A stretch of 64,000 nt of DNA from Acidimicrobiia bacterium (GCA_965203555.1 CBDBCY010000004.1:2400001-2464000), one strand, 5' to 3'; counted from the first letter of the stretch, positions 1-10,912 are shown. Program-made: numbers and translations. Notes: generated by a model from the letters alone, not told the origin.

Positions 1-3000
1 GAGTGGACATGGTGCTGAACAGCCTCACCGGCCCCGGGTTCATCGAGGCCAGCCTGTCCTGTCTGGCCCCCGGAGGAAGTTTCGTGGAGATGGGACGCCG
101 GGACATATGGAGCCCCGAGGAGATGGCGGAGTCCCGCCCCGATGTCTCCTACTCCATCCTGGAACTGGACTGGCTGAAGAAGAACGAACCGGCCCACCCG
201 GGCGCGGTGCTCCGCGACGTGATGGAGAGGATCACCACCGGCGCCTTGGCCCCGCTGGCCCACACCCGGTGGCCGATCGCCGAGGCCCCGGCCGCCATGG
301 ACTTCATGCGCTCAGCACGCCACATCGGTAAGAACGTGCTGGTGATGCCACCCCTGGCCGGCGGTCGGTTGCGGCCCAACGGCACCTACCTGGTCACCGG
401 CGGCCTGGGAGGTATCGGCATGGAAGTGGCCAAGTGGCTGGCAGGCCATGGTGCGGGCGTGATTGTCCTGAACGGTCGTAGGCCCCCCGACCCCGCCGCC
501 CGGAGAGCGATCAAGGCTCTCGAGCGCCAAGGCGCCGATGTACGGGTGGAGTTGGCCGACGTGACCCAGGCTTCGGCCGTGGATGAGATGCTGGCCCGTC
601 TGGACGCCCAAGCCCCTCCCCTGGCGGGCGTCATCCACAGCGTGGGCGTGCTGTCCGACGGCGCCCTCGGTAACCAGACCTGGGAACGTTTTGAACGGGT
701 GTTGTGGCCCAAGGTTTTGGGAGCCTGGCATCTGCACCGGGCCACCTCGGACCGCGACCTGGACCTGTTCGTTCTGTTCAGCAGCATCACCGGGGTACTG
801 GGTAAATCGGGCCAGGCCAATCACGCCGCGGCCAATACCTTCCTGGACCAACTGGCCGCATACCGAAGGTCCCTGGGACTCCCCGGTCAGGCCATCGCGT
901 GGGGCGCCTGGTCGGAGTTGGGAGAAGCCGAGGAGCAGAGAGAACGGATCGAGCGGCAACTCGAAGCGCAGGGTACCGGCTGGATCAGTCCTGAACAGGG
1001 TCTTGACGCCTTTCACGAACTGGTCCGCCGGGACTTGACCTCCTCCATGGTGGGAGCGGTGGACTGGCCGGTCTTCACCGAGAACTATGAAGGCGCTCCC
1101 AGCTTTTTCGAAGACCTGCTCCCCGGAGGGCTGGAGTCCGGGGAGGATGACGGGGCGGCCTCCGGTCCAACCGACGTGCTTTCGGAATTGAGACATGGGG
1201 CGCCTGCGGATTGGGAAGGGTTGCTGGTCTCCTTCCTGCAGCGGGAGTTGCAGGCGGTGCTGAGGCTTCCGTCGGTCCCCGCCCCGGCGGTTGGTTTCTT
1301 CGACCTGGGAATGGACTCGTTGATGTCGGTGGAGTTCCGCAACCGGCTGAACCGGTCCCTGTCCGGGGAGTTCGTACTGTCGAGCACCGCGGTGTTCGAC
1401 TACCCCAGCCTCGACAGCCTGGCCGGCCACCTGCTCGAGGAACTCACCCCGACCATGGCATCCGATACCCCCGACGCCACCAGGGAATCTCCCGTTCCGG
1501 ACCGCCCTCCTCAGGCGCCACGCGACGAGGACGACATAGCCGTCGTGGGTATGGCCTGCCGCTTCCCCGGCGCCTCGGATCTCCCGGCCTTCTGGCGTCT
1601 CCTGGAATCAGGCGAAAACGCGGTGACCGATGGACGGACGGATGGCGGCCCCTGGAGCGGCGTTACCGGAGACCCTGCCGCAGGCGATGCGGTCTATCGG
1701 CGCGGAGGCTTCGTGGAGGGAATCGACTACTTCGACTCCAGGTTTTTCCGCATCTCCCCCATCGAGGCGCAATTGATGGATCCGCAGCAACGGATGCTTC
1801 TCGAAACCGCCTGGCAAGCCTTGGAGGACGCCGCAATGGACCCCGAGCAGCTGAGGGGCAGCCGCACCGGCGTCTATGCCGGGGTGGGCAGCCCCGAATA
1901 CCGGGACGTGATCGCGGCCGGCGGCAGGGAAGACAGTTACCTGGGGACCGCTCCCAGCGTGGCGGTCGGCCGCGTCGCATTCGCGCTGGGCCTGGAGGGA
2001 CCAGCCATGCCGGTGGACATGGCCTGCGCCTCCTCCCTGGCAGCGGTGCACCAGGCGGTGGCGGCTCTGCAGGGAGGGGATGTGGACCTGGCCTTGGTGG
2101 GCGGGGTGAACGCAACGTTGTCCCAGGCTTTTGTCAGATTCCACCTGGACATCGGCATGCTGTCCGCCACGGGGCGGTGTCGCGCCTTCGACGCCGCGGC
2201 CGACGGCTTCGTCCGGGGGGAGGGCTGCGGGGTGGTGGTCCTGAAGCGGCTCGGCGAGGCGGAGGCCGACGGCGACCGTATATGGGCGGTGATACGAGGG
2301 TCTGCGGTCAACCAGAACGGAGCCAGCGCCGCACTGACGGTGCCGAACGGCCCGGCCCAGGAGCGCGTGATGACAGAAGCCCTTGCCCGGGCCGGAGTCT
2401 CCCCGTCCGACGTCGACTACCTGGAGGCGCATGCGGTCGGCTCCCAACTGGGCGACCCGATCGAGTTGAATGCGGTGGGGGCGGTTTACGGCGCCCAGCG
2501 CGACCCGCGACGTCCGCTGCTGATCGGATCGGTGAAATCGAACATCGGGCACATTGAATGGGCGGCAGGGATCGCCGCCTTCATCAAGACGGTCCTATCC
2601 CTGAATAAGGGAGTGATACCGGAGAGTCTTCATCTCGAAACCCCGAATCCGAACGTCGAATGGGACCGGATACCGGTGCGGCTTACGTCCAGCAGGACGG
2701 ACTGGCCTACGGTCTCCGACCGCCCGCCTCTGGCGGGTATCAATGCCTCCGGACTCTCGGGAACCAATGCGCATGTCCTGGTGGAGGGCTACAGGGCGTC
2801 GGCGGGTGTTCCCGCGGAAAGTAACGGCGCATCTTTGCCAACCGGTGCTCCCAAGCCGATACCTGTGTCGCTTCCGGGACCGGTTGACGACCTTTCGATC
2901 TCCGGGCCAAGACCGCCGGAGCGAACCGTTCGTCTATTGCCGCTCTCCGGGAAGTCCGAGGGTGCGCTCCGGGAACTGGCGGAGCGGTACCTGGGGTGGC

Positions 3001-4058
3001 TCGACGGCGACGAGGGGCCCGCCTCCGATGCGACCCTGTCCGACTTGGCCTGGACTGCGGGCGTGGGCCGCGGTCACTTCCCGCACCGCGCCTGTCTTCC
3101 ATTCGGCGACGTCGAACAACTTCGGAAGCGACTGCATGGGTTGGCGGGCGCCGATGGGACACCGACGCCGCAAGCTCTCCACCGGGCGACCAGAGTTGCA
3201 TTCGCGTACCCCGGACAGGACAGCCGACGGATTGGCATGGCAGAGGCGCTGTACCGCAGCGAGCCGGTGGCGCGGGCAGTGCTGGACCGGTGCGACGAAC
3301 TGATTCGTCAAGACCGGGGGTTCTCGCTGCTTGATGTGATGTTCCGTCGCACCGGGGTCAACCAGGACCCGAACGATCCGGCGTGGGTCCTGCCGGCTGT
3401 CTATGCGCTCGGCTGCGCCCTGACCGCGCAGTGGGCGAGCGTAGGCATACGGCCCAGTGCGGTGGTGGGCAACGGTCCAGGAGCGCTGGCGGCAGGGCAG
3501 GTGGCCGGAGTATTCAGCCTTGAGGAAGGTCTGCGACTCGCGGCGGCATTGGGCAACCTCAAGAAGACGTGGTCGGAGCAGGGCGGGCAGGATACGCTCG
3601 GAAGCCCGCAGACGGCGCTCGCCGACGTTACGGTCTCCGCGCCTACCGTCGCCCTGGTCGGCAGCGCGACTGGACGGCTGGTGGATTCCGTTGGCGCCCT
3701 TGACCTCAACCACTGGCTCAGGCAGGCCGAGGAACCCGTGGACTTTTCCGGCTGTGCAGAGACTTTGGCCCAGCTTGGAGCGGATGTGGTAGTGGGGATC
3801 GGTTCCGCCCCGGGGCTGGGCCGACCGATTGTTGACGCTTGGCCGGAGGCCGCCGGGCCGCCGGTCGTGATTTCCGCGCTGGCGAGTCCGTCCGGCGACA
3901 AAGAATCGCCGGACTCCGATGGCGGGTTCGCGAGAGCAGTGGCTGGTGCATACGAGGCCGGGCTGGACGTCTCTTTTGCCGGATTGTTTGCCGGAGAGTC
4001 CCGGCGTCGAATTTCTATCCCGACTTACGCCTTCCAACGCAGGCGACACTGGATCTAA
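1..4058 (+). CDS. Type I polyketide synthase, 3' part (ER C-terminus - KR - ACP - KS - degenerate AT); 5' end lies outside the window
   Basis: KR GTYLVTGGLGGIG; ACP GFFDLGMDSL; KS DIAVVGMACRFPG, MDPQQRMLLE, DMACASS, KSNIGH; AT-like region has GNGPG in place of GHSxG; ends IPTYAFQRRRHW. Confidence 0.92.
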   Translation, partial: VDMVLNSLTGPGFIEASLSCLAPGGSFVEMGRRDIWSPEEMAESRPDVSYSILELDWLKKNEPAHPGAVLRDVMERITTGALAPLAHTRWPIAEAPAAMDFMRSARHIGKNVLVMPPLAGGRLRPNGTYLVTGGLGGIGMEVAKWLAGHGAGVIVLNGRRPPDPAARRAIKALERQGADVRVELADVTQASAVDEMLARLDAQAPPLAGVIHSVGVLSDGALGNQTWERFERVLWPKVLGAWHLHRATSDRDLDLFVLFSSITGVLGKSGQANHAAANTFLDQLAAYRRSLGLPGQAIAWGAWSELGEAEEQRERIERQLEAQGTGWISPEQGLDAFHELVRRDLTSSMVGAVDWPVFTENYEGAPSFFEDLLPGGLESGEDDGAASGPTDVLSELRHGAPADWEGLLVSFLQRELQAVLRLPSVPAPAVGFFDLGMDSLMSVEFRNRLNRSLSGEFVLSSTAVFDYPSLDSLAGHLLEELTPTMASDTPDATRESPVPDRPPQAPRDEDDIAVVGMACRFPGASDLPAFWRLLESGENAVTDGRTDGGPWSGVTGDPAAGDAVYRRGGFVEGIDYFDSRFFRISPIEAQLMDPQQRMLLETAWQALEDAAMDPEQLRGSRTGVYAGVGSPEYRDVIAAGGREDSYLGTAPSVAVGRVAFALGLEGPAMPVDMACASSLAAVHQAVAALQGGDVDLALVGGVNATLSQAFVRFHLDIGMLSATGRCRAFDAAADGFVRGEGCGVVVLKRLGEAEADGDRIWAVIRGSAVNQNGASAALTVPNGPAQERVMTEALARAGVSPSDVDYLEAHAVGSQLGDPIELNAVGAVYGAQRDPRRPLLIGSVKSNIGHIEWAAGIAAFIKTVLSLNKGVIPESLHLETPNPNVEWDRIPVRLTSSRTDWPTVSDRPPLAGINASGLSGTNAHVLVEGYRASAGVPAESNGASLPTGAPKPIPVSLPGPVDDLSISGPRPPERTVRLLPLSGKSEGALRELAERYLGWLDGDEGPASDATLSDLAWTAGVGRGHFPHRACLPFGDVEQLRKRLHGLAGADGTPTPQALHRATRVAFAYPGQDSRRIGMAEALYRSEPVARAVLDRCDELIRQDRGFSLLDVMFRRTGVNQDPNDPAWVLPAVYALGCALTAQWASVGIRPSAVVGNGPGALAAGQVAGVFSLEEGLRLAAALGNLKKTWSEQGGQDTLGSPQTALADVTVSAPTVALVGSATGRLVDSVGALDLNHWLRQAEEPVDFSGCAETLAQLGADVVVGIGSAPGLGRPIVDAWPEAAGPPVVISALASPSGDKESPDSDGGFARAVAGAYEAGLDVSFAGLFAGESRRRISIPTYAFQRRRHWI

Positions 4059-4125
4059 CCCGGAATCAGGACAGCGCGGTCCCCAGCCTTGCCGCGTCCT
4101 CGGTGCGCGCCCGATGCAGTCGAGG

Positions 4126-4878
4126 CTAAGAGCTTCGGCGGTTCTTGAGCTTGGCCTTCACGTAGTCGCGGTTCATCATGGCTATGAAGTCGATGGAGAT
4201 CTGCTTGGGGCAGGCCGCTTCGCACTCTCCGTGGTTGGTGCAGGAACCGAAGAACTGCTCCATGGTGTCCACCATGCGCTCGGTCCGCAGGTAGCGCTCG
4301 GCGCTTCCCTGGGGGAGCAGGTTGAGATGGGATGCCTTGGCGGCTGTGAACAGTTGGGCGGCGGAGTTGGGACACACCGCCACGCAGGCGCCGCATCCGA
4401 TGCATGCGGCCGCGTCGAAGGCGGTCTCGGCTATCTCCTTGGGCACCGGGGTGAGGTTGGCCTCGGGAGCGGCGCCGGTGGCCACCGTGATGAATCCCCC
4501 GGCCTCGATGATCCGGTCGAAGGCCGAGCGGTCCACCATCAGGTCGCGGATAATCTCGAAGGCGGCGGCTCTCCAGGGTTCGACCGTGATCGTGTCGCCG
4601 TCGGAGAAGCTTCTCATGTGGAGTTGGCAGGTGGCGGTGGCCGCCTGCGGGCCGTGCGCCCTCCCGTTGATCATCACCCCGCAGGCGCCGCAAATCCCCT
4701 CCCGGCAGTCCGAGTCGAAGGTGATCGGCTCGATGTCCTCCAGGGTGAGCCGTTCGTTCAGCACATCCAGCATCTCCAGAAACGACATCTCCTCCGAGAT
4801 ATCGGAAACCTGGTAGGTCTCGAACCTGCCCCGGTCCGATGGACCGGCCTGCCGCCAAACCCGCAATGTGATGTTCAC
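4126..4878 (-). CDS. sdhB: Succinate dehydrogenase/fumarate reductase iron-sulfur subunit
   Basis: [34 protein letters not shown]; GTG start overlaps sdhA TGA. Confidence 0.93.
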   Translation of the reverse strand: MNITLRVWRQAGPSDRGRFETYQVSDISEEMSFLEMLDVLNERLTLEDIEPITFDSDCREGICGACGVMINGRAHGPQAATATCQLHMRSFSDGDTITVEPWRAAAFEIIRDLMVDRSAFDRIIEAGGFITVATGAAPEANLTPVPKEIAETAFDAAACIGCGACVAVCPNSAAQLFTAAKASHLNLLPQGSAERYLRTERMVDTMEQFFGSCTNHGECEAACPKQISIDFIAMMNRDYVKAKLKNRRSS

Positions 4879-6800
4879 TTGTAACTCCGGGTGCTCAACT
4901 TGACGTTGCGGAACTCCAGGGGCTCTTCCTGCAGTTGTGGCCGGGCCGGATCGCCGGTCCAGAACCAGGCGGATACGGTGGCGAAGTTCTGGTCGTCGCG
5001 AACCGCTTCGCCCTGGGCCGTTTGATGTTCTTCCCGAAAGTGTCCCCCGCATGACTCCTCGCGCTGACGGGCGTCGACGCACATCGCCATGGCCAATTCG
5101 AAGAAATCTTCCAGTCGAGCCGCCTTTTCCAGGGTCTGGTTGACGCTTTCCCCGTCGCCGGGGACCCGGGCCGAGGCTCGGAACTCCTCGTACAGGTCGG
5201 GCAACTCCGCCATGGCCTGGTCGAGGCCCCGGCGGCTTCTGGACATCCCGCAGTGGTCCCACACCACCCGTCCCAGCCGACGGTGGAAGTCGTCGACCGT
5301 TCGATTTCCCCTCATGGAAAGCAGCCGGGAGATCCGGTCCCGCAGTTCCGACTCGGTGCGGATGAAGGCCTCGTCCGAAGTCGAAGGCGGGTCCTCGTTC
5401 AGGAAGTCGGCCAGGTAATCACCGATGGTGTAGGGGAGCACGAAGTAGCCGTCGGCCAGTCCCTGCATGAGAGCCGAGGCACCCAGCCGGTTGGCGCCGT
5501 GGTCGGAGAAGTTGCCTTCTCCCAGGGCGTAAAGACCCGGAATGGTGGTCATCAGGTTGTAGTCCACCCACAACCCGCCCATCGTGTAGTGAGGAGCGGG
5601 ATAGATGCGCATCGGCGCCTGATAGGGGTCCTCGTCGGTGATCCGGTTGTACATCTGCATCAGGTTGTCATAGCGGGCGGCGATAGCCGAGCGGCCCAGC
5701 CGCCCGATCGCATCCCGGAAGTCCAGGTAGACGCCGTTCTTCCTCGCACCCACCCCATGGCCCGCGTCCACCATTCGCTTGGCGGCCCGTGACGCCACAT
5801 CTCTGGGCACCAGATTCCCGAACGAGGGATAGATTCTCTCCAGGTAATAGTCCCGGTCCTCGTCCGGAATCCGGTCGGGGGGTCGGTCGTCGTCTGCAGA
5901 CTTCGGCACCCATACCCGTCCGTCGTTGCGCAGGGACTCCGACATCAGGGTCAGCTTGGACTGAAACTCTTCTGCGGCGGGAATGCAAGTGGGGTGAATC
6001 TGGGTGTAGCACGGGTTTGCGAAGGCTGCTCCGCGGCGATGGGCCCGCCAGATGGCCGTGACGTTGCAGGTCATGGCATTGGTGGACAGGTAATAGACGT
6101 TGGAGTAACCGCCGGTGCACAGGACCACCGCGTGGGCCGAGTGAGAACTGATCTCCCCGGTGAGAAGATCCCTCACGACTACCCCCACGGCCCGACCTTC
6201 CTTCATCACCACGTCCATGAACTCGGTGCGCACCCACAGTTTCACGGCGCCGAGTCCGACCTGGCGCGCCATGGCCTGGTAGGCCCCCAGCAGCAATTGC
6301 TGTCCGGTCTGGCCGCGGGAATAGAAGGTGCGGGAGACCTGGGCCCCGCCGAAGGAGCGGTTGTCCAGCAATCCCCCGTACTCGCGGGCGAAGGGAACAC
6401 CCTGGGCTGTCGCTTGGTCGATGATGTTGAGGGACAGTTGGGCCAACCGGTAGACGTTGGCTTCCCGGGAGCGGAAATCGCCGCCCTTGATGGTGTCGTA
6501 GAACAGCCGGTCGACCGAGTCGCCGTCGTTCCGATAGTTCTTTGCGGCGTTGATCCCTCCCTGGGCGGCGATGGAGTGTGCCCGGCGGGGGGTGTCGTGG
6601 AAGGTGAAGACATCCACCCGGTAGCCGAGTTCCGCCAGGGTTGCCGCGGCCGATGCCCCGGCCAGGCCTGAACCGATCACGATGATCTTGAAGCGGCGTT
6701 TGTTGGCGGGGTTGACCAGGTTGACGGAGAAGCGGTGGTTGTCCCAGGAGTCGGCCAGAGAGCCGTTGGGAACCTTGGGGTCCAGCACCGTGGCGGTCAT
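4875..6800 (-). CDS. sdhA: Succinate dehydrogenase/fumarate reductase flavoprotein subunit
   Basis: [21 protein letters not shown] (covalent FAD His), [22 protein letters not shown]; ATG at 6800 overlaps sdhC stop. Confidence 0.95.
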   Translation of the reverse strand: MTATVLDPKVPNGSLADSWDNHRFSVNLVNPANKRRFKIIVIGSGLAGASAAATLAELGYRVDVFTFHDTPRRAHSIAAQGGINAAKNYRNDGDSVDRLFYDTIKGGDFRSREANVYRLAQLSLNIIDQATAQGVPFAREYGGLLDNRSFGGAQVSRTFYSRGQTGQQLLLGAYQAMARQVGLGAVKLWVRTEFMDVVMKEGRAVGVVVRDLLTGEISSHSAHAVVLCTGGYSNVYYLSTNAMTCNVTAIWRAHRRGAAFANPCYTQIHPTCIPAAEEFQSKLTLMSESLRNDGRVWVPKSADDDRPPDRIPDEDRDYYLERIYPSFGNLVPRDVASRAAKRMVDAGHGVGARKNGVYLDFRDAIGRLGRSAIAARYDNLMQMYNRITDEDPYQAPMRIYPAPHYTMGGLWVDYNLMTTIPGLYALGEGNFSDHGANRLGASALMQGLADGYFVLPYTIGDYLADFLNEDPPSTSDEAFIRTESELRDRISRLLSMRGNRTVDDFHRRLGRVVWDHCGMSRSRRGLDQAMAELPDLYEEFRASARVPGDGESVNQTLEKAARLEDFFELAMAMCVDARQREESCGGHFREEHQTAQGEAVRDDQNFATVSAWFWTGDPARPQLQEEPLEFRNVKLSTRSYK

Positions 6801-7516
6801 CCCACCATCCCCGTCCACACTGCCACCGGAATGCTCACGTTGCCGATCACGATCACCGCCGAAAAGGCCTGGGCGAACCACCGCCGCCAGCGTGCGTAGG
6901 CGGGATGAGCCAGGCCCAGACTTTGAAAGAGAGACCAGGCGCCGTGGTAGATGTGAATCCCCAGCAGCACGTTGGCCACGATGTAAAGGACTGCCACTCC
7001 TCCCCGGGAAAGTGAACCGATCAGATTGGCCTCCACCGCCCCGGCCTCCCAGCCCTCCGGCGCCATCGGGACTAATCCCCAGGTGAGATCGGCCAGATGC
7101 CAGAACAGAAAGATGGCGACGATGACGCCGCTCCACCGCATAGTGCGGGAGGCGTAGCCGGCCACCGCGTAGTCGCGTGGACCCTGATAGGTGACGTTGG
7201 CTCTGCGATTGAGCATGGTGAGGCTGGCCGCGGCATGAATATGAAGCAGAAAAGCCACCACCAACCCGGTACGGAAGATCCACAGGGTCACTGTCTTCGG
7301 CAACAGCGGGTAAAGCAACTCTCTGAGGAAGTGGGCATAGGAGTCAAGCTGCCCGTCACCCAGGTAAACCTTCAGATTGCCGATCATGTGACCCAGAACG
7401 AATGCCAGCAGCGCTATGCCGGTTATTGCCATGACCCACTTCTTTCCCACCGCGGACCGGTAGAACTCGAGAGGCCACGGTCGTCGGTGGGCAGCAGAGA
7501 CGGAGTCGGAAGTCAT
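6797..7516 (-). CDS. sdhC: Succinate dehydrogenase cytochrome b subunit
   Basis: [13 protein letters not shown], about five TM helices with His ligands, [11 protein letters not shown]; first gene of sdhCAB. Confidence 0.9.
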   Translation of the reverse strand: MTSDSVSAAHRRPWPLEFYRSAVGKKWVMAITGIALLAFVLGHMIGNLKVYLGDGQLDSYAHFLRELLYPLLPKTVTLWIFRTGLVVAFLLHIHAAASLTMLNRRANVTYQGPRDYAVAGYASRTMRWSGVIVAIFLFWHLADLTWGLVPMAPEGWEAGAVEANLIGSLSRGGVAVLYIVANVLLGIHIYHGAWSLFQSLGLAHPAYARWRRWFAQAFSAVIVIGNVSIPVAVWTGMVG

Positions 7517-7594
7517 CTAACCGATGTGGTGCATGGGCTGATCCACCGATTGTAAACAGAACGCGCCCTCCTCTGGGAGCGAATCGGTCTCCAT

Positions 7595-7623
7595 TTGACA
7601 TTTTGTATGAGTCCGTATATATT
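7595..7623 (+). promoter_or_regulatory. Sigma70-type promoter upstream of whiB
   Basis: TTGACA (7595-7600) - 17 bp - TATATT (7618-7623) in an AT-rich intergenic patch. Confidence 0.6.
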
Positions 7624-7715
7624 CCGTCGGTGTAATTACATCGTTGTAATAAAATGACCGATGGGACGATGGTAAACCCCCATTGGGACCTGCAGAATCG
7701 AGAAAGGGAAGGACG

Positions 7716-7991
7716 ATGCGACGTAGCTTGATAGAGGCCTTGGCGAGCGTGCCGCTTGACTGGCAGAACTATGCCAACTGCCTGGGAGCGGATGCTGACT
7801 TGTTCTTTCCGGAGCGCGGCTCGTCCACCCGCAAGGCGAAGGCCATTTGCGGGGAGTGCGAGGTGCAGATCGAGTGTCTCGATTACGCATTGGACAACGG
7901 CGAGCGTTTCGGCATCTGGGGCGGATTGTCGGAGAGGGAACGGCGTCGGGTGCGGCACGACCGGGCGAGGAGAACAGCAGTCGCCTCCTGA
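7716..7991 (+). CDS. whiB: WhiB family Fe-S transcriptional regulator (WhiB/WhiB2-like)
   Basis: WQNYANC..D.DLFFPERG..TRKAKAICGEC.VQIECLDYAL..GIWGGLSERER; purine-rich RBS before ATG 7716. Confidence 0.92.
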   Translation: MRRSLIEALASVPLDWQNYANCLGADADLFFPERGSSTRKAKAICGECEVQIECLDYALDNGERFGIWGGLSERERRRVRHDRARRTAVAS

Positions 7992-8035
7992 TGGCGCCCC
8001 TAAAATCAGGTGGGCCACGAGGTTAGGGGGATAAC

Positions 8036-8947
8036 TTGGAAGTCCTGTTCGGTTTCGGCGTCCTGTTGCTTGCTCTGGCAGGCCTCATCATCCTGCTGGT
8101 GCGCTTGTTCCGCCGCTTTCGATCCGGGGCGCGGTCCTCGGACGCGGAGGCCGATCCGTTGGCGCCCATGCCGAACCTGGAGGATCTGTCTGTCTCCGGA
8201 GACATGGCCCGGGTGACCTTCGCCGTGCCGATGGTGGGCAAGGATCCCGTCCTGCTGGAACTGTTGAGCTATTACGCCCTGGAGGCGGTACGCCGAGCTC
8301 GCCGGCGCCTTCCCCTGGCGAGCCTGGAAGGGGTGGAAGTCTTTGTCTCCCACCGGGGCCAGTTGAAGAAGGTGGGGAAGGTTGACTTTGATGAGCCTGG
8401 ACATCTCCCCGAAGATATGCCCGTCCCCGAGATCGCCAGGCTTTCGGAGGTGATGGACGACCCGTTGGACAGCGACTTTCAGGCGCCGAAAGGTTCAAAG
8501 CCTCCGGCCAGCCACGCGGACGGTGAAAAGCTGGCGCCCCTGGGATCCTTTCTGAAAATCTCAGCCAAGGCAGAGACCGCCCTGCGTCTGCAGGGTATAG
8601 ATCCTCGCGACATGAGCGCCGGTGAGTTGGTGCGCGGCATTCTGGCGCTGCGGGGCTACACCGTCTCTCCCGGCAAGGACGCCCACACCCATCACGCCCG
8701 AAAAGGTTCCGCCACCGTGTTCTTGAGGGAGGTCCCCCACGCCCGGGGCGGATATCCCGAGCTGTCCGAAAGGGAGATAAACCGCTTCGTGATGGATATG
8801 GTGGGTTCCCGCATGGCAAGGGGGATGCTGGTGACCGAGAAGTACGGGCCCTTCTCGGTGTACAAAATGGAACGGCGGAATCATAAGATCCGGTTTGTTA
8901 CGCGGGAACGGCTCCAGAAAGCCATAGATGCGTTAGCCTTGGGGTAA
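8036..8947 (+). CDS. Membrane-anchored hypothetical protein with a C-terminal region resembling a degenerate Mrr-like restriction endonuclease fold
   Basis: N-terminal TM helix; C-terminal pattern ELVRGILALRGY.V ... INRFV ... GMLVT ... IRFVTRE. Confidence 0.55.
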   Translation: MEVLFGFGVLLLALAGLIILLVRLFRRFRSGARSSDAEADPLAPMPNLEDLSVSGDMARVTFAVPMVGKDPVLLELLSYYALEAVRRARRRLPLASLEGVEVFVSHRGQLKKVGKVDFDEPGHLPEDMPVPEIARLSEVMDDPLDSDFQAPKGSKPPASHADGEKLAPLGSFLKISAKAETALRLQGIDPRDMSAGELVRGILALRGYTVSPGKDAHTHHARKGSATVFLREVPHARGGYPELSEREINRFVMDMVGSRMARGMLVTEKYGPFSVYKMERRNHKIRFVTRERLQKAIDALALG

Positions 8948-8992
8948 CTGCTCCGCGTTCGGCGTGGAGAAGACCAACAAAGGAGAAAGACG

Positions 8993-9187
8993 TTGTTTGG
9001 TTTGAAACCCTTGGAACTCGGGATAATCGTACTGATCCTGCTGCTGCTCTTCGGCGCCTCCAAGCTTCCCAAGCTGGCGCGGTCGTTGGGATCGTCCGCC
9101 CGCGAGTTCCGGAAGGGAGTCGAGGAGGGCGCCAACGCCAAGGCAGGCGATTCCTCGGACGCCGCCGAGGCCGGCGAGGACTCTTAG
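8993..9187 (+). CDS. tatA: Twin-arginine translocase TatA/E subunit
   Basis: ELGIIVLILLLLFGASKLPKLARSLGSSAREFRKG; AAGGAG RBS. Confidence 0.92.
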   Translation: MFGLKPLELGIIVLILLLLFGASKLPKLARSLGSSAREFRKGVEEGANAKAGDSSDAAEAGEDS

Positions 9188-9217
9188 AACTTCAACCGCT
9201 CGAGAACTCCCCGCAGG

Positions 9218-9676
9218 TCAGATTTGCTGGAGAGCCCCCTCGTAGCTTTCGAAATCGCGGGGAGTCGTGATTGAATCCGTGGTGATGACTTCCCTCACCA
9301 CCCGGTCGGAGTCAATCACGTAGGTGGCGCGTTGCGCCACGCCCAACGTGTCGTTGAAACACCCGTACAGTTGGGCAACCTGCCCGTGGGGCCAGAAATC
9401 GGAGAGGATGGGGAAATTAAAACCTTGCTCCTCAGCCCACTTCTTGTTGGAGTAACGGGTATCACAGGTTAGAACCACCACTTGGACTCCCGATTCCGAC
9501 AGTTTGGCGAGGTTATCCCGGATCTCGCACAGTTCCCCCTCGCAAATGCCGGTGAATGGGAAGGGAATGAACACCAGCAAGGTCTTGCCCCTGGGCAGGC
9601 CGTCCAGGGTCACTTCATTGCCATCTTGATCTTTCAGAGAGAAGGGGGGAGCAATAGAGCCAACTTCTGCTGCCAT
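9218..9676 (-). CDS. Peroxiredoxin (AhpE-like)
   Basis: APPFSLKDQ, FIPFPFTGICEGELC, LSDFWPHG, RATYVID. Confidence 0.88.
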   Translation of the reverse strand: MAAEVGSIAPPFSLKDQDGNEVTLDGLPRGKTLLVFIPFPFTGICEGELCEIRDNLAKLSESGVQVVVLTCDTRYSNKKWAEEQGFNFPILSDFWPHGQVAQLYGCFNDTLGVAQRATYVIDSDRVVREVITTDSITTPRDFESYEGALQQI

Positions 9677-9727
9677 TTTGGTCTCCTGGTGTCGGGGCGG
9701 CTGCTTTACGGAGTAAAGCCTACCGGC

Positions 9728-10804
9728 CTACCAGGGGGGATCGTCCAGCAGGACCCGGGCCGCCCAGCCGACCGGATCCTCTACTTCTCGGGTGGTGGGC
9801 AACCCATCCGGTTGCCAGACGCGTTCAGCAGCCATCGGCCCGAACCGCTCCTCCACCTGGACCAGGAATCCCTTCCCCCTCTCGATGTCATCCTCGGTAA
9901 CGGTTACCAGCATTCCAGCCTGGTTGGCGCCCTCCTCCAGCCGCAGGTTGAGGTCCCGCTCACTGAATATCCCGTGAAGGTCGGGCAGCATCCCCGACCC
10001 CGCTTTTTCGACGAGGCGCCGCGACATGGCGGCCGTAACTCCCAGGAACGCCTGGAGGTTCTCGCGGGCCGGTCCGGCGGAGGAAGAGTCGAACAGTCCC
10101 GCCTCATGCACGTCGAGATCCAGTTCGAATAGCGCCGACGGGTCGGTGATCGATCCCAGTTGTCCCATCAGGGACTCCGGCGCCAGTCGCACCGTCGCCG
10201 CGTAATTGTCATTGAGGGTGCGGTAGGAATCCGTGACGTGGGGAAGAGAGAACACCGCTCGATGGGCTGTCTCGTACAGGGCCGCCCACAAACGCACCTG
10301 CCGTCCGTCCACCGAAAGCTCGTCGGCCAAGTCGTCGATCACCGTGGCCACCAGCAGGGTGCGATTGGAAGAGACGGCGGGAAGACCCGTTTCGCATGAT
10401 GCAACCACCCGACCCGCCATCAGCCCAGTCCAAGCTCCGAGTTGGGCGCCCGCCATCACCGGTCCCAATGGCGCAAGCATTTCCCAGCGCTGCCCTTGAG
10501 CGCTGTCTCTCATTTGCGCGGCAAACGGCGCCGCCCACTGACCGAGTTCCTCGACCATCGCATCTCCCCACTCCCGGGGGCCGAGCGGCACAACCGCCGA
10601 AGCCGGAGGAAAACTGAAGGGAGCGGTTTCGGAGATCCGGTACTCGGCCAGTCTCACCAATTCCACGAGTTCCTCGGTAGTCCAAGGGTTGAGCAGTTGA
10701 GACTCCCCGGCAAGATGACGGGAGATCTCCCGGGCCAGGTCCAGGTTGACCGGTCCCGGTTGGCTGAACATTCTCATCAACCGGGAAAAGAGATCTTCGC
10801 TCAC
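9728..10804 (-). CDS. Zincin-like putative hydrolase (actinobacterial DUF2342-like); metal motif altered to YETAH
   Basis: PVNLDLA, VRLWAALYETAHR, G.GF...V, VW..DGLPT..E..DP.GW..RV. Confidence 0.7.
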   Translation of the reverse strand: MSEDLFSRLMRMFSQPGPVNLDLAREISRHLAGESQLLNPWTTEELVELVRLAEYRISETAPFSFPPASAVVPLGPREWGDAMVEELGQWAAPFAAQMRDSAQGQRWEMLAPLGPVMAGAQLGAWTGLMAGRVVASCETGLPAVSSNRTLLVATVIDDLADELSVDGRQVRLWAALYETAHRAVFSLPHVTDSYRTLNDNYAATVRLAPESLMGQLGSITDPSALFELDLDVHEAGLFDSSSAGPARENLQAFLGVTAAMSRRLVEKAGSGMLPDLHGIFSERDLNLRLEEGANQAGMLVTVTEDDIERGKGFLVQVEERFGPMAAERVWQPDGLPTTREVEDPVGWAARVLLDDPPW

Positions 10805-10912
10805 CCTGTCGATTCTATGGTGGTCGGCGGTGATTCTTCTGAACCTTTGCTTCGGATTAAACCCTCCAGTTGCACGCTTGGGCGCCGGCGGCGGCTAATT
10901 TCATCACTACTT

